Below, piece by piece: positions 35,669 to 41,683 of a DNA stretch of 41,683 nucleotides. Position 1 is the first letter of the stretch; every line of letters starts with the position of its first letter. The notes under the pieces were generated by a model that was not told where the DNA came from, made no database searches, and saw only the letters and a list, made by a program, of their open reading frames with translations. This DNA comes from Candidatus Bilamarchaeaceae archaeon. GTDB taxonomy: Archaea; Micrarchaeota; Micrarchaeia; Anstonellales; Bilamarchaeaceae. Where the stretch lies: NCBI GenBank assembly GCA_035290745.1, contig DATDTS010000068.1, positions 1-41,683 of the forward strand, in the 5' to 3' direction. A program made the position numbers and the translations under genes.

Positions 35669-37465
35669 ATGAAATTAGAAAAAGTAGACTATTTGGTTGC
35701 TTTGTGTTTACTAGTCACGCTCGCGATTAATTATGGTTTGACAAGCACTTTAAAACAAATACCCTCTCCAGTTTACGGGGGCGATTTTTATAATGGATTG
35801 GGAGGAGTCGTTCATATAACTGATGGTGGAAATCCACTTGAAAGCGCCCAAATGGTTGGTGAACTTCCTTGGGTTCCTCCTTTATACCATATAACTATTG
35901 CTATTCTTTCAAAGATTTCAGGACTTAATGAAATGAATGCGTTGATTAATTTTGCACTTCTTGTTCAGTTTGCATCTTTTATAGTTGTCTTTTTCTTATT
36001 ATTTGAGATAACACAAAATAAATATAGCGCATTGATTGGAACACTTTTATTCGTACCGCTTCATGCTCCAATATTCAAGTATTCAGATTTTGCTACTGTT
36101 TTGATGGTTCCTCTTTTTCTTTTGGGGTTAATTAGATTTACCAAGAACCCAGATCAAAAAAATATGATTTTTTGTAGCTTAACTTTGGGGCTCTTAAGTT
36201 TAAGTAATACTCAGGCATTTTTTGTTGGATTTTTAGTTTTAGGAATAACGTTTCTGTTTTGGATTCTACCAAAAATATTGAAGGACAAAACGCTTAATAC
36301 AAACCTGGAAAGCAACGATATTGAATCACTAAAGAGATATGCCATAGTGTTTGTGATTGCTTTTCTAATTGCACTCACATTCTGGTACAAACCGCTTTTT
36401 GTTTATTATGGTGAAACACCAAATGAGGTTCAAGATTTTACAAGGCCAGACGTAAGAGAACCAGCTATTTTCTGGAAAATGTTTGGAAACTTTGTTTCAT
36501 GGCTTTTGTTTCCTTACAATAATGGACCAATAATGGTATTTAGTCTCTTGTCTTTGTATGGGTTATACCAAGTTGCCAAAAACCGCAAAGAGAACACGTT
36601 CATAATTATCGTTCTAGTATCGTGGTTTATTGCAATGGCACACCCAGTCGTCACACTCCCATTAATCAACAAACATTTGGTCATGGAAATGATGGCAGAA
36701 CGTCTTCAAGTAATTTCTGTGATGTTAATTGCTTTCGGCACTTCACAAATTCCAAAACTAATTAAAAACAAAGATTTGGTTGTTGTGTTGTTTTTGGCAT
36801 TGATTTTAGTTTCAGTATTAAACTATTCAGATTATTTTGAGAAACAAAAACAAGAGCATTGGGTAGTCAATGCCGGTCAACAAGAACTAGCTCCACATTT
36901 CGCTGAACTTCAAAAATGGGTAAGAGAGAACACAAATGTCAATGATGTGTTTATTACGACTAACGAAAATGGATTTATGCTAAATGCATTAAGTGGTAGG
37001 AAGATGGTTTCATATAGAAGAGCACATGCGAGTCCTTATACGGATATGAATCAAAGAATGATGGACCAAGCCATTATATTATATGGTGAAAATGAACAAA
37101 AAACAAAAGAATTGCTACAAAAATACAATGTGAAATACCTGCTTTGGTCTCCTGACTGGTTATTTTTAGAATACTATTTTGATAGTAATGGCCAATTAGT
37201 TGGATTTAACGACCCTTTATCAGTGCCAGATACACTAAAATACGAACTTCAATTAAAAGAGAATAATGTGAATTATGTAAAAAGAAATGGATACTTTGAT
37301 CCTGCACCCCCTTCTGATGCGCCTAGATATGATATGATAGTTACACTACCAAAAAACTTAGATGTTGAGAAACCTTACAGCCAGCAGTTTTTGGATAATT
37401 TTAAACTAATAAAAACAATACAATATAATGGAAACGATGCATTTAGAATTTATGAGGTAAAATAA
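35669..37465 (+). CDS. GT-C-like polytopic membrane glycosyltransferase candidate with C-terminal soluble domain (ArnT/PMT/AglB-like architecture, family unresolved)
   Basis: 598 aa. About 11-13 hydrophobic segments in the first 390 aa or so are followed by a roughly 200-aa hydrophilic domain. An acidic residue sits in the first loop (YGGDFYNG). I found no WWDYG motif. Confidence 0.5.
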   Translation: MKLEKVDYLVALCLLVTLAINYGLTSTLKQIPSPVYGGDFYNGLGGVVHITDGGNPLESAQMVGELPWVPPLYHITIAILSKISGLNEMNALINFALLVQFASFIVVFFLLFEITQNKYSALIGTLLFVPLHAPIFKYSDFATVLMVPLFLLGLIRFTKNPDQKNMIFCSLTLGLLSLSNTQAFFVGFLVLGITFLFWILPKILKDKTLNTNLESNDIESLKRYAIVFVIAFLIALTFWYKPLFVYYGETPNEVQDFTRPDVREPAIFWKMFGNFVSWLLFPYNNGPIMVFSLLSLYGLYQVAKNRKENTFIIIVLVSWFIAMAHPVVTLPLINKHLVMEMMAERLQVISVMLIAFGTSQIPKLIKNKDLVVVLFLALILVSVLNYSDYFEKQKQEHWVVNAGQQELAPHFAELQKWVRENTNVNDVFITTNENGFMLNALSGRKMVSYRRAHASPYTDMNQRMMDQAIILYGENEQKTKELLQKYNVKYLLWSPDWLFLEYYFDSNGQLVGFNDPLSVPDTLKYELQLKENNVNYVKRNGYFDPAPPSDAPRYDMIVTLPKNLDVEKPYSQQFLDNFKLIKTIQYNGNDAFRIYEVK

Positions 37466-37477
37466 TAGGCTAACTTA

Positions 37478-37520
37478 TATACTCGACCAACAATCGGAAA
37501 AACATAGTTGGTCGAGTATA
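37478..37520. repeat. perfect 14-bp inverted repeat with 15-nt spacer just after the GT-C gene stop (possible terminator hairpin or operator)
   Basis: TATACTCGACCAAC (37478-37491) and GTTGGTCGAGTATA (37507-37520) are exact reverse complements. Confidence 0.85.
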
Positions 37521-37523
37521 GCT

Positions 37524-37546
37524 GATCCAAATAATATATTTGGATC
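37524..37546. promoter_or_regulatory. perfect 10-bp inverted repeat overlapping a TATA-like box upstream of the secretion-ATPase gene
   Basis: GATCCAAATA ata TATTTGGATC. The AT core AAATAATATATTT is centred about 30 nt upstream of the ATG at 37565. Confidence 0.6.
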
Positions 37547-37564
37547 ACAATAACTGTGTATATT

Positions 37565-38878
37565 ATGTTAGGCTGGAAAGTACTTGAAAAAGGAGAATAC
37601 AAAACAGAACTGCCTAGATTAAGCGATCAAGAAGAAAAACTAATTTTGGATGTGGAAGAATTATTCAAAAAAGAGATGAGAAGTAAAACTATAAAGTCAA
37701 AAGAAGAATGCAAAGAGTTAATTGAAAAGATAATTTATGATTACGCAAAACAGAACAGAATGCATTTAGATCTGGACCAGTTGGATTACCTTTCGGAAGT
37801 AGCAGCAATTGATGTTTACGGAAACAGATTTCTTGATTATTTGATAAAAGACCCAGAAATTGAAGAGATAAGCGTAATTGGAGTAAATAAACCGGTATAT
37901 GTCTACATAAGGAACAAAGGATGGAAAACAACAAACCTATGTTTTACAAACGATGAAATAATAAAAGAGACAATAAATAAGATTGGGAAGGAGCTTGGAA
38001 GAAGGATCACTCTCCAAAAACCTATGTTAAATGCAACTCTTGATGACGGGTCAAGACTGCATGCAACATTAAGTCCAGTATCAGAAGGAGAGATCACTAT
38101 AAGAAAATTTAGGGAAAAACCAATTTCACCTAAACAACTTTATCTTAATAAAACAATTGACAAAAGAATCCTTGCCCTTTTATCATTAATTGTACAAGGA
38201 GATAATAACATTATAATAGCAGGAAACACTGCAAGTGGAAAAACAACTATGCTAAATGCGCTTTTTTCGTTTGTGCCAATGAATGAAAGAGTTGTAATAA
38301 CTGAAGAAACACCTGAAATTAATATCCCGCATAAACACCAATTAAGATTGGTAACACAAGAAGAAATGGAAATTGATATAACAAATTTGATTTACAACAG
38401 CCTAAGAATGAGACCAGATAGAACAATTGTTGGAGAGGTAAGAAACAGAAAAGAGGTACATGCGCTTTTCGATGTTCTAACGTCAGGCCAAGCTAGAGGA
38501 AGTTTTGCAACTTTTCATGCTCAAAATGCGGAAGAAGCGTGTACAAGAATAAAAAATTTCGGCATAGACTCGCTATCTTCCATAGATTTTATACTGGTTC
38601 TTAGAAGGATGCTAAATTATAGAAATAACAAAAATAGCGAAATAAGAAAAGTGATTGAATTATATTCACCCAAGATTGGTTATATCTACAATTATCAGAA
38701 TGGAAAACTAAAACTTAGTATAAAGGATAATTTAATCAAAATGATTGGAGAGAAGCTAGGTTTGTCGAAAAGCGAAACAAAGAAGGAATTAGAAAGAAGG
38801 GAACGTCTAATTGAAAGGGCAGATGAGGAATTTTCAAAATTTTATAACAGGATACAGAAGGAGCTTTATGGACTATAA
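37565..38878 (+). CDS. type II/IV secretion-system ATPase, archaeal FlaI/ArlI / type IV pilus assembly ATPase family
   Basis: Walker A GNTASGKTT, RPDRTIVGEVR (Asp/Walker B box) and His box GSFATFHA. The start is taken at ATG 37565; the ORF-track GTG at 37556 is an alternative. Confidence 0.85.
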   Translation: MLGWKVLEKGEYKTELPRLSDQEEKLILDVEELFKKEMRSKTIKSKEECKELIEKIIYDYAKQNRMHLDLDQLDYLSEVAAIDVYGNRFLDYLIKDPEIEEISVIGVNKPVYVYIRNKGWKTTNLCFTNDEIIKETINKIGKELGRRITLQKPMLNATLDDGSRLHATLSPVSEGEITIRKFREKPISPKQLYLNKTIDKRILALLSLIVQGDNNIIIAGNTASGKTTMLNALFSFVPMNERVVITEETPEINIPHKHQLRLVTQEEMEIDITNLIYNSLRMRPDRTIVGEVRNRKEVHALFDVLTSGQARGSFATFHAQNAEEACTRIKNFGIDSLSSIDFILVLRRMLNYRNNKNSEIRKVIELYSPKIGYIYNYQNGKLKLSIKDNLIKMIGEKLGLSKSETKKELERRERLIERADEEFSKFYNRIQKELYGL

Positions 38879-40400
38879 AATATTGAATAGTTTTAGCACC
38901 TATTTTCCGAAATCGAATATAATCAAAATAGGATATCTTGAAGACTATCAAAGATATGGAACAATGGCACTGACAGTATCAATTTCTATTTTTATTATTT
39001 GTGCATTGCTTTTAGAGATAATTTTAGCTTTCGTGATTTTTTGCATTTTCTTTTTAATCATAACCAAAGTCCCGCAAATTGAATATAATAAAAACCAAGC
39101 CCGGATAGAAGCAGAGTTCCCATTTATGCTAAGAACTCTTGGAACGCTTCTTAATGTCAACATCTCATTCAAAAAAGCATTCCAAATTATTTCAAAAAGC
39201 GAAGGAAGCCTGGGGGACGAGATGAAAACTGTAAACCAGGAGGTAGATAATGGCGCTTCTGTACCAAAAGCATTGAGCAACATGGCCCAAAGAATAAGAT
39301 CAAATGACATAAAAACTGCAATATCCCAAATGATTACCGCTTATGACGTTGGTGGCAAAGGAAATGAAATAAGACGAATATCACAAGAGATGGCGATAAA
39401 GCAAAGACATAACTTGAAGGAATATGCCTCTATAAGCTCTGTTTTTGGACTGCTGTTTATAGTTTCTTCAACTTTGCTACCTACTTTTTTTGTAGTTCTG
39501 AGTTCACTTGGAGGGCAAATATTAGAAACAGAGATTACAGAAATGCATGCCAAACTAATCATCATAATTGTAATCCCGCTAATAAGTTTTATTGTTCTTC
39601 AGTTAATGAAATTAAATGAGCCACTCCAAATATCCGAAAGGAAAAAAAGTGGTAAAGAGTTTATCCTGCTAATGGTCCCAATTGCTGGGTTCCTCTTCTT
39701 TCAAGAGATTGGTTTTATTATTCTTATATTTACCTTTTTGGTTAGTGGAGCTATTTTTTACAAGCTGTATAGAAAAGAAACAAGAATAGAAATGATAGAA
39801 AAAAATCTCCCAAATGCTTTAATGGCAGCGGCAACTCTTCCCGAAAATTCAAAACTGGAGGACATTTTTAGAATATTCAAAAAAGGAGATTACGAAGAAT
39901 TATCAAAAGAAGCTGAGATATCTCTACGGCAACTGGAAAGCAAAATAGGTGATAAAAAAGTACTTCAGGATTTCAGTAAAAGAAATGATGGGCATTTAAT
40001 AGAAAGAACAGTTCAAACAATTGACTATTCCCTTGAATCAGGAAATACAAAAAGAATAAATGAAACGGCAGAAGATCTTCTTGAGTTTAATGGACTGGTA
40101 AAAGAAAGGGAGTCTCTCCTTTCAGTACAAAAATATACTCTTCTTTTTGGTGTAGTAATACTGCCTTTGATTCTCAATTCAGTTATTAGCATTTTGCAAA
40201 AAATGAGTAGCATTACCAAAGGAAATCCGGAGGTTCTAAGCTCAATAAATGGTGTTATCCCAGCTTATATACTTATTTATGCAATTTTTATTTCATATTA
40301 TATAGCTGAGATCAGCAAAAAAAGATCAACAATGTTTATTTATTTTAATGTTCTCTCTATTATAGGACTAGTTTCATTTTATTTTGGAAAAATACTGTGA
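38868..40400 (+). CDS. FlaJ/ArlJ/TadC-like polytopic platform protein (two T2SS-F-type repeats)
   Basis: About 510 aa. Two cytoplasmic helical domains (FPFMLRTLGTLLNVNISFKKAF...; LPNALMAAATLPE...) are each followed by TM helices. The ATG at 38868 overlaps the ATPase 3' end by 11 nt. Confidence 0.75.
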   Translation: MDYKILNSFSTYFPKSNIIKIGYLEDYQRYGTMALTVSISIFIICALLLEIILAFVIFCIFFLIITKVPQIEYNKNQARIEAEFPFMLRTLGTLLNVNISFKKAFQIISKSEGSLGDEMKTVNQEVDNGASVPKALSNMAQRIRSNDIKTAISQMITAYDVGGKGNEIRRISQEMAIKQRHNLKEYASISSVFGLLFIVSSTLLPTFFVVLSSLGGQILETEITEMHAKLIIIIVIPLISFIVLQLMKLNEPLQISERKKSGKEFILLMVPIAGFLFFQEIGFIILIFTFLVSGAIFYKLYRKETRIEMIEKNLPNALMAAATLPENSKLEDIFRIFKKGDYEELSKEAEISLRQLESKIGDKKVLQDFSKRNDGHLIERTVQTIDYSLESGNTKRINETAEDLLEFNGLVKERESLLSVQKYTLLFGVVILPLILNSVISILQKMSSITKGNPEVLSSINGVIPAYILIYAIFISYYIAEISKKRSTMFIYFNVLSIIGLVSFYFGKIL

Positions 40401-40404
40401 TGAC

Positions 40405-40869
40405 ATGGACCTTATAACTCAGAGCATATATAATTTGAATAATGAAGTAATAACCACTGTCTCATTATTCATAGATAGTGCATTTATTTTTGGATTAATG
40501 ATCATAGCGATTATCCTTTTCGGAGAAAAAAAATGGGAAAAAAGAAAGAAAATAATTGTCGCAATTTTGATTGGTATCCTTGTTGGGCATGGTTTGAAAC
40601 AAATATATCACATTGAAAGGCCCTGCATAGAATTAAGTTCTAAGGTAATAGATTGCTCTGATTACTCATTCCCAAGCTTGCATGCCATCACTGTGTTTAT
40701 ACTTAGTTCAGCTTTTATAAGAAGAAAAGAATATCCATTATATCTATTATTTGCTTTGCTTGTTTCATTTACAAGAATCTATTTAGGGATGCATAGCTTT
40801 GTGGATATTGCAGCTTCTGGAGCACTTGCAGCTTTGGTATACCATATTGTTGATCTGGTGAAAAAATGA
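40405..40869 (+). CDS. PAP2-superfamily phosphatase (candidate polyprenyl/dolichyl-diphosphate phosphatase)
   Basis: All three PAP2 motifs are present: KQIYHIERP, FPSLHA and FTRIYLGMHSFVDI. The start is trimmed to ATG at 40405, just after the upstream stop. Confidence 0.8.
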   Translation: MDLITQSIYNLNNEVITTVSLFIDSAFIFGLMIIAIILFGEKKWEKRKKIIVAILIGILVGHGLKQIYHIERPCIELSSKVIDCSDYSFPSLHAITVFILSSAFIRRKEYPLYLLFALLVSFTRIYLGMHSFVDIAASGALAALVYHIVDLVKK

Positions 40870-41417
40870 ATACAGAATTAAAGAGGCAGATAGTTCATAT
40901 CAGTGCAGGAATAATGTTTCTAGGCATACTTCTTTTATTAGGAAGAGAAGTTTTGATAGCTATTAGCTTTATTGGTCTTATCGTAGGTTCACTTCTAATA
41001 AACAGGTATGTGTTCACAAAGGATCATCTCTATGAAATATTATATCACCAAATTGAGCGAAAAGGGGTCCCTTTTGCAGGGTGGGGACCAACGTGGTATT
41101 TAGTTGGAATCCTTCTTCTTTCAACATTTTTGCAGGAAGTTCCCGAAATTGCTGTAGGGCTAACGATGCTCGCGATTTCTGATGGAATGGCAACAATTGT
41201 CGGAAAAAAAGGAAAACATAAAATATTTTATAATAAAGAAAAAACAATTGAAGGAACTCTTGCATTCATACTTTCATCGATGATAGGGTTTTATTTCATA
41301 GGATTTGAAATAATACCAATAGGAATAATTGCTGGAATAGCTGAAACATTGCCTCTAAAAATAGATGATAATGCATTAATCCCAATTGTGCTTATTATAC
41401 TATTCGGTTTAGTATAA
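40866..41417 (+). CDS. CTP-dependent polyprenol (dolichol) kinase / CdsA-family membrane protein
   Basis: Polytopic and 183 aa. RQIVHISAG and ISDGMATIVGKKGKHKI...KTIEGTLAF are typical of the dolichol/phytol kinase family. Its ATGA start overlaps the PAP2 stop. Confidence 0.7.
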   Translation: MNTELKRQIVHISAGIMFLGILLLLGREVLIAISFIGLIVGSLLINRYVFTKDHLYEILYHQIERKGVPFAGWGPTWYLVGILLLSTFLQEVPEIAVGLTMLAISDGMATIVGKKGKHKIFYNKEKTIEGTLAFILSSMIGFYFIGFEIIPIGIIAGIAETLPLKIDDNALIPIVLIILFGLV

Positions 41418-41433
41418 TTTAATTGGTGAACAG

Positions 41434-41683
41434 ATGATTATACTTTTTAGCAGCAAAAATCCGGCAAGCCTTAATATTGCGCAAAATTTGATGGAAAAAG
41501 GATTTGTACAAAACGATAATTATTTGTGGGAATACGGAAGCCACAAAATGATTGACACAAAGGTCGAATCAATATTAGATGTTCCGACAAACTTTGAAAC
41601 AGACTGCATCTTGGTGTTGAGCACCCATAAAAGCAAAGAATATAAAAAGATGCTGACGTGCCATGCACCTGGAAATTGGGGTA
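41434..41683 (+). CDS. dtdA: D-aminoacyl-tRNA deacylase, archaeal DTD2 type (N-terminal part, continues past the window end)
   Basis: Hand translation from ATG at 41434: MIILFSSKNPASLNIAQNLMEKGF...VLSTHKSKEYKKMLTCHAPGNWG. The SxH...LTxHxxGNWG pattern is characteristic of DTD2. It is not in the ORF track because it has no stop in the window. Confidence 0.7.
   Translation, partial: MIILFSSKNPASLNIAQNLMEKGFVQNDNYLWEYGSHKMIDTKVESILDVPTNFETDCILVLSTHKSKEYKKMLTCHAPGNWG

Noticed and set aside
35669-37465. Calling the 598-aa membrane protein AglB (archaeal oligosaccharyltransferase).
   Set aside because: No WWDYG motif or clear DK/MI motif is visible. Only the general GT-C architecture is supported.
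1-41683. I looked for CRISPR arrays, transposases/integrases, IS terminal repeats, toxin-antitoxin pairs, restriction-modification or other defence genes, and rRNA/tRNA genes.
   Set aside because: No identical direct repeats with regular spacers were found. No ORF carries DDE, tyrosine-recombinase, nuclease or helicase defence motifs. The only repeat-rich region, 15600-15953, consists of non-identical inverted repeats, not CRISPR-like direct repeats.

Overview
AT-rich, tightly packed window that is very probably archaeal and DPANN-like. Support: an archaeal-type DTD2 deacylase, a FlaI/FlaJ-type ATPase and platform pair, a dolichol-kinase-like gene, and TATA-like boxes about 25-30 nt upstream of start codons. 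Positions 362-37465 form one large surface-glycan biosynthesis island. It holds a Wzx-type flippase and a complete four-gene GDP-D-glycero-alpha-D-manno-heptose pathway (gmhA, hddA, gmhB, hddC). It also holds gmd-fcl followed by a DegT-family enzyme that lacks the Schiff-base lysine (colitose-like), and CDP-3,6-dideoxyhexose genes (rfbF, rfbG, rfbH). The rest comprises a nucleotide-sugar dehydrogenase, nine SDR-fold enzymes, about eight glycosyltransferases including one GT-C membrane protein, and a methyltransferase. Between rfbH and rfbFG sits an unusual set of carbon-carbon-bond enzymes: an acylating aldehyde dehydrogenase, a DmpG-like aldolase, an HpcH aldolase, an ALS/YerE-like ThDP enzyme and a split transketolase. 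This suggests synthesis of a branched or chain-extended deoxysugar. The right end carries the ATPase and platform pair with no pilin gene, a PAP2 phosphatase, the dolichol-kinase-like gene and a partial dtdA. The most striking unexplained signal is the only large non-coding gap, 15545-15953. It is a GC-enriched island made of about ten consecutive perfect short hairpins at roughly 24-nt spacing, and it matches no RNA family I can recognise. I saw no CRISPR array, transposase, integrase, tRNA or rRNA. Several ORF-track starts look over-extended and are trimmed here to in-frame ATGs that fit the neighbouring genes.
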